A DNA stretch of 64,000 bases from Felis catus (Eukaryota). Both the position numbers and the translations under genes were made by a program. Positions 38,534 through 51,599 of the stretch are shown in pieces; position 1 is the stretch's first letter, and each line of letters opens with the position of its first letter. The notes under the pieces are model-generated. The model saw nothing but the letters and a program-made list of their open reading frames with translations, did no database searches and was not told where the DNA came from. The DNA is taken from the NCBI RefSeq assembly GCF_018350175.1, contig NC_058368.1, forward strand, positions 129,272,001-129,336,000, written 5' to 3'.

Positions 38534-40482
38534 TTTTTATGAAATTTATTGTCAAATTGGTTTCCATACAACACCCAGTGCTCATCCCAAAAGGTGCCCT
38601 CCTCAACACCCATCACCCACCCTCCCCTCCCTCCCACCCCCATCAACCCTCAGTTTGTTCTCAGTTTCCAAGAGTCTCTTATGCTTTGGCTCTCTCCCAC
38701 TCTAACCTCTTTTTTTTTTTTTTCCTTCCCCTCCTCCATGGGTTTCTGTTAAGTTTCTCAGGATCCACATAAGAGTGAAAGCATATGGTATCTGTCTTTC
38801 TCTGTATGGCTTATTTCACTTAGCATCACACTCTCCAGTTCCATCCACATTGCTACAAAGGACCATATTTCGTTCTTTCTCATTGCCATGTAGTACTCCA
38901 TTGTGTATATAAACCACAATTTCTTTATCCATTCATCAGTTGATGGACATTTAGGCTCTTTCCATAATTTGGCTATTGTTGAGAGTGCTGCTATAAACAT
39001 TGGGGTACAAGTGCCCCTATGCATCAGTTCTCCTGTATCCCTTGGGTAAATTCCTAGCAGTGCTATTGCTGGGTCATAGGGTAGGTCTATTTTTAATTTT
39101 CTATGGAACCTCCACACTGCTTTCCAGAGTGGCTGCACCAATTTGCATTCCCACCAACAGTACAAGAGGGTTCCCGTTTCTCCACATCCTCTCCAGCATC
39201 TATAGTCTCCTGATTTGTTCATTTTGGCCACTCTGACTGGCATGAGGTGATATCTGAGTGTGATTTTGATTTGTATTTCCCTGATGAGGAGCGACATTGA
39301 GCATCTTTTCATGTGCCTGTTGGCCATCCAGATGTCTTCTTTAGAGAAGTGTCTATTCATGTTTTCTGCCCATTTCTTCACTGGGTTATTTGTTTTTTGG
39401 GTGTGGAGTTTGGTGAGTTCTTTATAGATTTTGGATACTAGCCCTTTGTCCGATATGTCATTTGCAAATATCTTTTCCCATTCCGTTGGTTGCCTTTTAG
39501 TTTTGTTGGTTGTTTCCTTTGCTGTGCAGAAGCTTTTTATCTTCATAAGGTCCCAGCAATTCATTTTTGCTTTTAATTCCCTTGCCTTTGGGGATGTGTC
39601 GAGTAAGAGATTGCTACGGCTGAGGTCAGAGAGGTCTTTTCCTGCTTTCTCCTCTAGGGTTTTGATGGTTTCCTGTCTCACATTCAGGTCCTTTATCCAT
39701 TTTGAGTTTATTTTTGTGAATGGTGTGAGAAAGTGGTCTAGTTTCAACCTTCTGCATGTTGCTGTCCAGTTCTCCCAGCACCATTTGATAAAGAGACTGT
39801 CTTTTTTCCATTGGATGTTCTTTCCTGCTTTGTCAAAGATGAGTTGGCCATACGTTTGTGGGTCTAGTTCTGGGGTTTCTATTCTATTCCATTGGTCTAT
39901 GTGCCTGTTTTTGTGCCAATACCATGCTGTCTTGATGATGACAACTTTGTAGTAGAGGCTAAAGTCTGGGATTGTGATGCCTCCTGCTTTGGTCTTCTTC
40001 TTCAAAATTACTTTGGCTATTTGGGGCCTTTTGTGGTTCCATATGAACTTTAGGATTGCTTGTTCTAGTTTAGAGAAGAATGCTGGTGCAATTTTGATTG
40101 GGATTGCTTTGAATGTGTAGATAACTTTGGGTAGTATTGACATTTTGACAATATTTATTCTTCCAATCCATGAGCAGGGAATGTCTTTCCATTTCTTTAT
40201 ATCTTCTTCAATTTCCTTCATAAGCTTTCTATAGTTTTCAGCATACAGATCTTTTACATCTTTGGTTAGATTTATTCCTAGGTATTTTATGCTTCTTGGT
40301 GCAATTGTGAGTGGGATCAGTTTCTTTATTTGTCTTTCTGTTGCTTCATTGTTAGTGTATAAGAATGCAACTGATTTCTGTACATTGATTTTGTATCCTG
40401 CAACTTTGCTGAATTCATGTATTAGTTCTAGCAGACTTTTGGTGGAGTCTATCAGATTTTCCATGTATAATATCATGTCATC
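38534..40482 (-). mobile_element. Young 5'-truncated LINE-1 (carnivore/felid type), about 1.95 kb
   Basis: Perfect 17-bp TSD TACTGGCAGTTTTTTTT (38517-38533, 40483-40499) at a TTTT/A endonuclease site; minus-strand AATAAA (38550-38545), G-rich 3' UTR and an intact ORF2 C-terminus. Confidence 0.98.
38758..40476 (-). CDS. ORF2: LINE-1 ORF2p C-terminal 572 aa (RT C-terminal part to the cysteine-rich domain); truncated, promoterless and not expected to be functional
   Basis: Canonical L1 ORF2 motifs: (DD)[73 protein letters not shown]. Confidence 0.95.
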   Translation of the reverse strand: MILYMENLIDSTKSLLELIHEFSKVAGYKINVQKSVAFLYTNNEATERQIKKLIPLTIAPRSIKYLGINLTKDVKDLYAENYRKLMKEIEEDIKKWKDIPCSWIGRINIVKMSILPKVIYTFKAIPIKIAPAFFSKLEQAILKFIWNHKRPQIAKVILKKKTKAGGITIPDFSLYYKVVIIKTAWYWHKNRHIDQWNRIETPELDPQTYGQLIFDKAGKNIQWKKDSLFIKWCWENWTATCRRLKLDHFLTPFTKINSKWIKDLNVRQETIKTLEEKAGKDLSDLSRSNLLLDTSPKARELKAKMNCWDLMKIKSFCTAKETTNKTKRQPTEWEKIFANDISDKGLVSKIYKELTKLHTQKTNNPVKKWAENMNRHFSKEDIWMANRHMKRCSMSLLIREIQIKITLRYHLMPVRVAKMNKSGDYRCWRGCGETGTLLYCWWECKLVQPLWKAVWRFHRKLKIDLPYDPAIALLGIYPRDTGELMHRGTCTPMFIAALSTIAKLWKEPKCPSTDEWIKKLWFIYTMEYYMAMRKNEIWSFVAMWMELESVMLSEISHTEKDRYHMLSLLCGS

Positions 40483-41156
40483 TACTGGCAGTTTTTTTTA
40501 CTGGATGCCATACTTTGTGAATTTTACTTTGCTGGGTACTGGCTATTTTTGTATTCCTATAAATATTCTTGAGCTTTGTTCTGGGATGCAGTTAAATTGC
40601 TTGTAAACGGTTTGCTCCTTTTGGGTCTTGTTTTTAAGATTTGTTAGGTGGAACCAGAACCGTGTTTATTCTAAGGTGGATTATTTTTCAATCCTGAGAA
40701 AAGAACCTTCTGAGTACTCTACCCAATGCTCCATGAATTATGGGACTTTTCAGTCTGGCTGGTGGAAACAGGCAGTATTCATGGTTCTGCTTCCTCTAAT
40801 TTTTCTGGGTGATAACTTCATCATTGGGTAGCTTCTTCATGTGCTTTCTTTGATCAATACTCTGCTGAATATTCAAGGGGCCCTCTGTAGATAAGGGGGC
40901 CCTCTGTATATAGAAGGCCCTTTCTTGTTCTGTACAGCTCTCCCTTCTTCAGTAGTCTCTTTTGCAAACTCTAGTTGCCTTGGTCTCTAGGAATCATTTC
41001 CATGTTCTCCAGTGAGTCCACTGGACTTCTGTGCTTGGATTCCCCAGTCCTGCACAAGGGCCTGAAAACTCAAGGCAGCAAACTTTTGTAGGGGCAATTG
41101 TTTGTTTCCCATTTCTTGGGAATCACTGGATTTTGTTGCCTAATATCCAGTGTTTT

Positions 41157-41378
41157 TTTTTTAATTTTTTTTTCAACATTTATTTTTATTTTTGGGACAG
41201 AGAGAGACAGAGCATGAACGGGGGAGGGGCAGAGAGAGAGGGAGACACAGAGTCGGAAACAGGCTCCAGGCTCTGAGCCATCAGCCCAGAGCCTGACGCG
41301 GGGCTCGAGCTAACGGACCGCGAGATCGTGACCTGGCTGAAGTCGGACGCTTAACCGACTGCGCCACCCAGGCGCCCC
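41157..41378 (-). mobile_element. Young Can-SINE (SINEC_Fc-like)
   Basis: Near-identical to the 696-913 copy; TSD TAATATCCAGTGTTTT (41141-41156) / TAATAGCCAGTGTTTT (41379-41394). Confidence 0.97.
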
Positions 41379-43353
41379 TAATAGCCAGTGTTTTAAAAAC
41401 TATTGTTGCACAAATTCTGTTCATCATTTTGGTTGTTCCAGATAGAACAGTAAGTCTCTATTATTCCATCTTAGCTAGTAGTGGAGTATCTCTCTTTAAA
41501 GTATCCAACGGCATTGGATACTACATTCAACCTTTCGTTTGTAGAGCATTTGCAAAGATTTTGAGTGCAGGAACCAAGCTGACTTAATCTTTATAATCCT
41601 AGATGACTAACACAGGACTTTGCATATAGGAAGTGCTTGGTAAATGGTTGGTAAGTTGAACTACATTTGGACAAACAATGAAAATCTCCCAAAGTGGTAT
41701 GTTTTGCCTTATGCAAGAAAGAAATATCTAACTTAGAGTTCAATAACGGAAACTTTTAGAAGTAGTAATGATCTCTCTATTATGAGAAGTATTCAAGCAG
41801 AGTGAGGGTGTTCATTTGCTGGCAGTACACACTTCTGTATTGTCCAGAGAAAGCCTCAATTTGATGCCAGTTTTCCATTAACACTTCTCAACCTTATTAT
41901 TTTTTTTTTTGCCAAATATGAGATATGAAAATAATTATTAAGGACCCTTTCTCTAGATTAATTATAAAAATGATAGTGCCCTCTAAACTTTTCTAAAGCT
42001 GTGCTCTCTATTATTGACAGAACATCAGCTAATAAGGAAGCTTAGATATTATTATCCACAAATAGCTGATTGAGAAATGGTAATACATTGGGCGATTTGG
42101 GACTTGTTTTAAGTTACACAGTCAGCTATAAAACCAATTCAAGAACACAGGTGCCTAAATGCAGAAAAGTATTCTTTCCCTTTGGCTATGTTGCCTCAGA
42201 ATACCAAAGGAGGTTCGAAAAGTCTAATTCTTATGTTTATAATGTGGGTCTTAAAAAGTAGGCAGAAGCAAAGCTACTGGAACAACTGTGGGATTCAGAT
42301 AACATTGCACGTGTCTCTACCATAGAAAGTAGCAATTGGAGTTGCTGGCAGCGGAGGTTAAACAATAAGAAAATGGAGTGGGGCTCCCCAAGGCCCTGAT
42401 GATCTGAAGAATCTAGACAAGTACTGAATGAATTTGGACAAGCAAGGGTTCATGTGAGCTAGACAGTTTTCAAAGTAGATAAAACACATCCAGTAGCATA
42501 CCCTCATTTCAGATAACAGAGTTTCTGGATAAAAGAGTTCTAGATAGTCAGGGACTTCAGAGCATAAACAAACACAAGGGACACAGAGCAGGGGGAAATA
42601 ATTGAGAAAATTCATGAAACAAGCAAGATGGTATATAACCACATTCTCTTTGGCTTCTGATGGTTAAATTACCAAAATTTGCTAAGGTAGGGTAATGCAC
42701 AGGATAGAAAATATTGGGCAATTAAATAATCTCTCTAGTCCACGTCATTGAATGCCAAAATAGTATTGCCATTTATGAATGCTTTAGGAATGAAGGACAG
42801 AGTGAAGGCTATAAAGAATAAGATGAGAGCATCCTGTTTGCTATGGAAGAGCAGGGTCACAGGGAAGGGGGCCAAAGGGAGAAAGGGGCAGAAGGGATTC
42901 ATCAGGGTGTCAGAGTTAGCACTGAGGCTCAGTTGCGCTTATGTGGCACAATGGAAATGTGGACGCAAACTAAACAAGCCTGGAATATTGAGCAGGAATA
43001 TCAAATCTGGTTAAGAACAGTGGCTCTATCCACCACTACCAGCAGTTCTCTGCCTCTACCACTCTCTCTTTTTCTGTCTCCAAAACACATAGCCCCCTTA
43101 CCAGCCAGCTGGGAACTCCATGGCTTTGAGACCTAGCAGAGTAGACATAGGACCCTGGAAGAGGGGAGCAAATGAGCCCTGGAGAACAAAATATAGAGAT
43201 GGTTCATTCGAGAGAAAAAAGGGGTGAATCTGATCATACTGGAAAGGGGAAGACAGTGGATGGGGGCAAGGGCTCCATTTCTGATTTCTTTTACCTCTTT
43301 AATATGGTATTTCTCCCATAGAGTGAAAACAATAGGAACATAAAATAGTTTTT

Positions 43354-43549
43354 TTTTTTAATGTTTATTTATTTTTGAAAGAGAACGAGTGTGTGTGTAA
43401 GCAGGGAGGGGCAGAAAGAGAGGGAGACAGAGAATCCAAAGCACGTGCTGTCACCGCAGAGCCCAACATGGGGCTCGAACTCACAAACTGTGAGATCATG
43501 ACCTAAGCCAAAATCATATGCTTTACTGATTGAGCCACTCAGGCACTCT
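43354..43549 (-). mobile_element. Can-SINE (diverged)
   Basis: Antisense tail TTTTTAATGTTTATTTATTTTTG and GGGCTCGAACTC; TSD GGAACATAAAATAGTTTTT (43335-43353) / GGAACATGAAATAGGTTTT (43550-43568). Confidence 0.92.
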
Positions 43550-45384
43550 GGAACATGAAATAGGTTTTGTGAGAAAAATATTCCCTTTTTAATTCTGTTT
43601 GTGTATTCTGAAGAAGTCTAGAGAAAGCCACAATTAGAGCCACTTTTTCCTTAACTGCTCCAATATTGCCTCATCTTTCCCACCCCCTCCTTGATAATGA
43701 GTGAGTAGACATCATGTTAAGAGCCCTGGTAAGCAACTCTAGTTAGCTGGAATTCAGTCACAGTGCTTTGTTTCCGCAGTATTTATTTCTATTGATGGTA
43801 AATGATCTGGTTTTCAATTTACAGTAGCTTAAATTTCCTTTAAAATGAAATTTGACAAAAAAAGTATTGTATTAAAATTCAAACTGCATGATTTGAAACC
43901 AATTATCAAACAAAAATTCATCACTGACCTAAATGTCAAGAAAATGTCAGTTTGGTATGGTGGAACTAAACCCTGGTCTGGGAAGCAGGACTCTACCATG
44001 AACTCCAAGTAGGATTTTGGATCAGAGTGATTTCATTTTCATTTTTATCAATGGAAGTCATAGCTGCTAGCCAGAACTTAGCATGAGATGTCCACAGTTT
44101 TAAATATTAAGTTACTAAAGTTCTAGCCAAAGGCAAAGAAATAAAATGTTTTAGTGAGTCCGTGTTAACTTACCACACATATAAGCTCAGAAATATTGAA
44201 AGGTCATGTGAAGACCCCCATTCTTAAGGGGCTCTTGGGTGCCAACCATTGGAGTAGATTATTTTTAAGGGATGTTCTGGTTCCAAAATGCTGTGCCAAG
44301 AATTTAATCCAAGGTCCAGCAAAGGCAATGATCTGATAAGGAAGAATAGTGACAGATTATCGCATTAAAATCTCATTTTCTTTATCTCTACACCTCACCT
44401 ATCAAGTAGGTAGCCTGGAATGAGTCTACTTGAAACAGAGGTCAGATGCCAAGCATAACCACTTCTCTTGTCCCCTAAATTCCCTTCTCCTAAGAAAAAT
44501 GTTTTCATCCAAAGTTTTACAACTTTTTTTTGAAGGCCAAAGGAAGTGAAGACTTAACTAAGTGAGATGGGCAAGGAGAACAAGGTGGTTGGCTCTGGTT
44601 GACCTACTTTTGGCCTTAATAGGAGAGACTGCACCTCCCACCTCTGTGAAGCTTCTCCCAAAAAGCCTGCCACCCAAAGAATTTTCTATCTGTAGACTCC
44701 CTGTGAGAGCATCCCTTCTCTGTATTCCAGGGAACAACAGAGGTTAGGATAGTAGCTTTAGAGTGACAGCCAGGGTTCAAATTTCAACTCCCGTAGGGAA
44801 CCTCCATTTTATTTAAATTTTCACATTTGTCTAGCATAATAACTCAGTGAAGTAGGTTCAACTTGAGGGCAGTGGCTGTTACTACAAAACCTTGGTGTGC
44901 ATTAGAAAATCACATGCCCCTCTCCCTAAGCCAAACCATTCTCTCTCACACATACCTCTGGGCGCATGAATCACAAAAAGCACCCTGGTATCAGGGCCAA
45001 TGCAGTTTCCAGTTGGCGGGGAGGGGGTTGGCAAGGAGAACAGGGAGAAGATTCAGCACTCAGCTTCCCCTCCCCTGGGCACTTTTATAAAGGGCTCAGT
45101 CTACCAATCCTTACACAGTGGCCTGACAGTTATCACCATTTTACAGCCAGGAAAGGTTAAATATTTGTCTTTTAAAAAGATCACCCTGATGTTTTGTAGA
45201 AAATGGATTGGAGGAGGACGAGCTTGGATGCAAGTAGCTATTTGAACCTGCTGTAGCTTTCCAGGTGAAAGATGATGGGCATTCAGGATAAGGGGTGGTG
45301 GTAGGGTGGTGAGATGCAGACAGATTCCCGGGATGTTTAGGGGACAGAGTGGACAGGTCTGGAGGCTGCTGTGAGGATTCAAGA

Positions 45385-45444
45385 GATGGTGATGATGATG
45401 ATGATGATTGTAATGGTGATGATGGTGATAGTGATGATGATGGT
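45385..45444 (+). repeat. Imperfect (GAT)n repeat between L2-like and MIR-like fragments
   Basis: Read directly. Confidence 0.9.
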
Positions 45445-48400
45445 GTTAACAGTTCTATTTATTGAGGGCTTGTTTGTGCCAGGTATGAACTTACTTACTA
45501 CATAAGTTCTGTGAACCAGGAAAATTGAAGACATTTCATTCCTGCATGGTTGCTCTGAGGACCAAAGATAACCTAAAGTGCTCATGCTATAGTAGACCCT
45601 TTGGAAGTGGTAAATATTAGTCTAATTATTAGGGGAGCAGACAGCATTTAAAATTCCTCTCTTACTCAAGAAGTCTTAGCTTGTGGGCTTGGCCAGTGGT
45701 AGGTCAGATAGGTGGTGGAACATAAGAAGACAGTGGTTTCACTGCTCACTGACCATCAGATTAGATTCCTTGTGTAACTTTTAAAGGTTGGTCTGGTGTA
45801 GGACGTCTGTGTGTCAGTGTTTTATAGGCTCTCCAGATTGCCAGGGGTGAGAACCACTGAGTTATGAGTCTTTGGAATCAGACAAATAAGGTGAAATCCT
45901 GGCTCTGGTCTTCAAGGTATGGTTTCGAGAAGAATGGCATACAGCCTCTTCCGGGTTATGTGACGATTAAATGAGGGGTGGTACATACTCCATGGTACCT
46001 CTGGGGACATCTCTGTTGATGCCTACCTTAGCATGGTGCCTGGCTTCTAATGTAGCTTCAACACATGTGACTGCCATGACTGTGGGGTCAGGAAGGAAAA
46101 GGACCCAAAGACTCCATGGACCAGCCCCGGAGCCGAGAGCTTTACATCCATCACCTTGTTTAATCTTGGCCCAAAGTGTGGCTGTCTCTCACAGATGCAG
46201 AAACCCAGGCCCACAGAGTAGGTCATCTTCCCAAGGGCACCAAGAGGTAGAGCTGGGATTGGAGTCCTGTTCTATGTCTTTCTGCTCTACCCCACAAATC
46301 AAATTCAAGCCATGCTTGTTATTCTGGAGAAGGACTTGTTACAGAATAGTACCAGGGAGAAGCGCCCTTGCCTATCCTGGTTTGAACTGTTAAACTGAGC
46401 CACACAGTGAATGAAGGACAGGAAGGATCCCATAGCTAGCCGGGGCAGCTCAGAGCCTCTCAGACAACAGTGGCGTGGTGGGTGATAAGCAAGGAGGGAG
46501 GTGTGGGGAGAGGAGGTGGGCAAGAAACCAGGAGCAGAGAATCACATATCTGGTATATGGCCAGGGTAATGAGATGACAAGTCAGCCAATACAGTAGCCG
46601 GTAGACAGTAAGTATTTACTAATCATTAGTTGCTTTTTTCCTCTTTCAGAGCTGCCTTCTGCCCCGAAGAGCAGGAGTCCATCTTCAATGGGACACATCT
46701 GTTGGCTTGTCTGCCCACGCTTCCCCTCTCTGGGATTTGCTCGCCCGGCTACATGTTTATGAGGACAGCCGTGGTCATGCAATGTCCCTTTGGTTTTGGG
46801 GGGGTTTGGAAGGGGTATCTGTTAGAGGCAAACAGCCACTCTGTCCTAGGAGATTTTGACTTTCTCTTTTTCATGCGTTTTTGCTTTTATCAAAGTAGGT
46901 AATCTGCTACTGGCCAGATACACAACTGCATTTGGATACTGTAGTGGGGTCCAAGGACTACCCAAACCACTGCCTGGGAATGCCAGTTTCTCATAACGAG
47001 TTAGAAATCAATGCTAGCAGCTTCCCTGCTAAGTGAAAAAATTACATAATTCCTTCTGCACCACTGCATTAGGCAGATTTTTTTCTCTTTCTGAACATAC
47101 AGTAAATCCCAAGTGTTTTAAGCCATGGTACCTCTCGTTAAACACAATATGAAATCACTACCAAATTTAAATAAAAAATAAATTCGATGTAGCGCTAAGA
47201 GATTCTCCTGCCAAAAACTCTCACACAATTAACACACTAGCAGAATGTGTTGCTAATTTCATGCCACTGGAGTCTTTTCTACTTCAGAATATAGAAACAA
47301 AATCGGGTCAGAGCTCCAATAATAACAGGATTTTGTTAAAATATACAGCCCTGTGGTGCAGGTATGTTGGAGGCATGGGCGAAAAGTAGAATCACAGTGA
47401 TGCATGAAATAGCTTACCCCTGCAAATACAACAGCAAGAATTTGTCTCCAGCTTCTCTGCCGCAGGAGAGAGAGAGAGAGGGACTGAGAGAGTCCAGAAC
47501 TGCCCTGTTCTGTGGGGCAAAAGTGTCATTATCAGTGTTTGTCCATCCACGCACTTCTACAAGGGAGGCAAGCACCAGTTAAATTAGACTTGGGGACCCA
47601 CAGCCCGTAAATCCTAGAGCTCTGATTCTCCTAGTATCTCTCAGGCTCCCTCTCTCCATCCTCACCTCCCACCTCTTCGCCTCCTAACACAGGCCTGGTC
47701 TTTTCCATAACAAAAACGGCGATAATGAAAATATTTTGGCAGCATTCAGGGCCTTTCACATCGTGACCCTGACCTCCAAATCAATTTTCTTTATTCTTAA
47801 CCCGACCTTGGCATCCATTCTTGCTGGTGTTCAATATTAGTTACAAAATCCTGAACTCCCCGAGACCTTCCCTCCTCCCCCAGATAGCCAAGGCAGGCCA
47901 CACTGCTGAAGCAGGCTCTTGACAAAGAAAAATAGGAAGGAGATCAACAAGCACTATGAGTTCTATAGGAGTCTCATTTGCACCAAATGCCATTAGCCCC
48001 ATTATTTACTCAGACAACAGTGGAGGCAGCCGCAGTCCCCCGCTTGTGTAGGGCACCCTGGATGACACCATGCATCACCGGCCGCACAGAACTTCACTTA
48101 AATAGTGATATGTAAGGTAGAGCCTGTTACATTTAATCCATCACCCGTGGGTTCGCCTAGTGCAGAGACTGGAAAAATTGTGCACATTTCTCCATTGCTG
48201 CCTGCATTAATCCTAGGAAGGGAGTGAACTGAAAAGAGAAAGTGCCAATTTCAGCACACATGTTAAAAAGAGAAGCAAAGAATAAAAGGAAAAGAAAGCA
48301 TCTCCCTGACTCAGATGGGGGAGGGAGGTTTTTAAAGGAGAAGACGGCTTTTCAGAACTCTGTGCATTTACTGTGAGAACAAGTACCCACAGAGACCAGG

Positions 48401-51217
48401 GTTCGGGGTCATCATACATTTAGGAGGAGAAGTTAGCTGGCAGGGGCTATTTTTCTGCAAATTAGTTTTCTCTCAAGGGTAACGGTGGGGGAGGAGCAGA
48501 GGAAAATGAATTGGAGCCGTTGAATAATCGTGTATTGTTTGGCTGGTTGCGGGACCTCTGAACTGATGCTCTAAGAAGCCTTTCCAGGCCTTCCTTTTCT
48601 ATGGGCCAGGATGGGAAGCCTCTCACAGCTGTTGATGAGTGTCCTATAGGGGCAGCGATGGGGACAGCAGTGTGGCCCCACAGACAATGGTCCACAGAGC
48701 GTCGGCTCCACTTGGCAAGAAAGGCACGGTCTGCTGGTCATTACTGCCGAACACAGGGCTGGACAGGTGGCCGAGCAGGACAGTGAGAAGGGGCAGGGTC
48801 CAAAGTCTGTGCTGGTCTCAAAGAAGTGAGGCGAGGGGCAAAGGTAGAAAAACAACAATATAGTGGGAAGCGATAGACCAGCTCTCCTTGGGGGGAGGAA
48901 TGTTTATAACATGAAAACGGATGAGTTCATCTGGAAGTGTTTGTCTCATTGCTTTTGGGTCCAGGGTCTGGTTGGAATGCTCGGCATCGTGTTTGTCCTG
49001 CAGATGTTTTCCCACCCTCACTTTGGCCCTTACAAACACTGCCTCCTCTAAACCAGCGCTTCTCAGCTTCCCCTAAAGTGCCCCCCCCCGCCCCCCTGGC
49101 AGAGGAGCTCAAAGTCCACACTCGGGGACTCTGTGGGGAGAGCCTGAAAGCTCCCTCCACGAAGAAGAGACTGGGCTGAAGTCTGGTATTTGTGTATCTT
49201 TCAAAACCTGATATATTGTGAAGTAGCCTAAAATAACGAACGTTCGAAATGACCATTTAAATTCCTTTCTTTCCTCAATTCTAATGTATCATTCTAAGAT
49301 GAAACTCAATCCATACCTGAGGGGGAAAAAAGAAAGAGGACAACACCCACGGAACACATACTTAGAGTGTCAGAAGCATCCTTCCAGATTTCCAAGGCTT
49401 AAAACGTGAATTTGAAAAAAATCTATGTCATAAAATCAAGGAAATGTGTAATTATAATCAAGGAAAATGGAAATGTCAAGAGGTAACAACCAGTTTGGCC
49501 TGTGGCTCCAGACGTACTGGGGCACACACCAGTTTGCAGAGCATTACAGTGGGGATGGCTATTGTAAAGTGATGAAACACAGACTTACCTGGTTGTAACC
49601 ACCTTGTAATAAAATGCTGTGTTCTTTCATTCTGGTGTTGTCAGAGCTCAGGGCAGCACCAGGCACACAGCAGGTGCTTAATAAATATTTGCTGAATTGA
49701 AAGTTGTTGATAGCAGTCCGCATTCATGCTCCCCTCTATGTAACCTGTGACAGGGGGTGAGTGTGGGAGGGGACGTCTGTTTCCAAGCAGTGTGATGGGC
49801 TGCCCTTCCAGGGAGGGCAAAGCAGACTGGAACAGCATGGAGTAGGTGTCCTCAGCCTTCTGTCCGAGTGTAGACACTGGGCTTACGCCCCATCTCTGCC
49901 ACTGACTAGTTGCACAATCTTGAGATCTCCCTTCTCTGGAGAAAGGAAGCATTGAGACCCACTCTCTCGAAGGTCTAGTTTAATAATTCTACGATTCTGC
50001 GTATTTGGATTTATGTTAAGAGACTGTTCTTTCTCACCAGTCCATGAGGGATGATACTACGCAAGGACTGAAGCAAGGTGCAGGGTGAGGGAGAGAAATC
50101 TGCTCTTGTTGTATCCACTGTACCTCCCTTGCTGGAAGGGCCCTGTAGGCTCCCTGCCTGAGAGGCTGCTCACTTCAGTGCCCTTGGCCTTGTTCTGGGA
50201 AGAAAACACTCAGAACTGAAGACATACTGTAAGGTAGGGTGAAAAACACTGCCACTGTCTTATGAATTCACCATAGATGAGGTAATTCACAAAGCAGGTC
50301 ACTGTAATTCATAGACTACTTCCCCTCTTCCTCCCTCCTCCTGGCCAGGTGTCATTTTCTAGAACAGAGCTCACTTAGCAGGGGGAACCAAACTCTGGTC
50401 AAACTGAGCAGGACCATCTTAAGTCAGTGTCATATATTATTGGCTCAATGTTTTGTTGTTGCTGAAACTGATTATTCATTAAAATTAGCCAGATTTTAGA
50501 GTCAAATCAGCAGGAACAGGACATGAAAAGAAAGAAACAATGATTCCAAGTTGAAAACACCAGGCAGAAATATACCCTTTTATTTTGTTCAGTAAAAAGT
50601 GAAGTTGGTGATTCTTAAGGTAAAAATACAGTGTTTCCCACTTGAAGAAAAACCAAACTTATACAACTAGATAAGTTAGAGAGTAATGTTTTTAATTATA
50701 AAAGGATTTTGCTTTTTACAGTGATTCATCCTATGGCCCCAGCTTCCTAGAAGAATTTAAAGTACTATTTAATCTCCCCCACAAAAATTCATATGCCACT
50801 TTTAAAAACAGATGTATGACATTTGACTTTATTTCAACATAAATAAAACACAGAGCACCAGATTCTTGACCTAAAATCCCTTTCCTGAAGTATGGAAGCC
50901 TTGAAATTCCATCATATTTACTCACTCATTCAAAAACATACTGTTCAAGCCCTAATGCGTGGCAGGCATTGTGTTAATCCTGAGACTGGATCCTGATCTC
51001 TTGATGCTTTTTTCTTCCCCATGGCTTCCATTCTCGCTGTGTCCCATGTACTGGGTGCAACTGTGTGTCTGATGCTCTGGAAAAGGGGGTAATCATATTA
51101 GGATGACAAGTAATGCCCTTCAAGAAGAGAATTGAAGTCAAAGTTACAGTAAACAGTCAAAATAAACTTTAAGCCTGAGGTTGAGGAACTTTTACTCATG
51201 GAGATTGGCCAAAAGCT

Positions 51218-51430
51218 ATGGCTTCTGAAGCACAGTCCTTGGACCAGCAGCACTGGTATCATCTGTGACTTCTCTAGGAAGGCACTGGTATCATCTGTGA
51301 CTTCTCTAGGAAAGCTCACTCCTGGGCTCTGCCTCTGACCTGCTGAGTCATGTCTGGCAATGGGGTTCAAGAAATTGTTTCAGCAATATTCCGGGTGCTT
51401 TTTATGCACGTTAAAGTGTGAGAACCACTG
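51218..51430. mobile_element. MER5A-like MITE with an internal 32-bp tandem duplication
   Basis: GTCCTTGGACCAGCAGCA start region and TTAAAGTGTGAGAACCACTG end. Confidence 0.7.
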
Positions 51431-51599
51431 CCCTGAAGTTAATCAGGTCTCGTCTGGGCAAAGCCCCTTAAGAGTCTTCTTTCAAATTCTATCACCCATT
51501 GCGTTCTTTTACAAGCCCATGATAATCTCTAGTTCCATGTTCAAAGTCAAACCAGTATCTTGGTTTAGCAAGTCACTTCTGCAAAGTTCCAAGTCAGGG

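Larger units (their letters stand above)
37080..41487 (-). mobile_element. Old L1M element (5' region/ORF1 part) hosting two SINEs and a young L1
   Basis: T-rich antisense L1M sequence (TTCACTGGGTACACAATTCTAGGTTGACAG, GATTCTGATGAGAA); TTATTCCATCTTAGCTAG at about 41461-41478 resembles an antisense L1M 5' start. Confidence 0.65.

Noticed and set aside
39000..40606. Plus-strand ORFs of 78-173 aa
   Set aside because: Antisense shadows of L1 ORF2.
51250..51312. CRISPR-like direct repeat
   Set aside because: Only two adjacent copies with no spacer, inside a mammalian MITE, and no cas genes.
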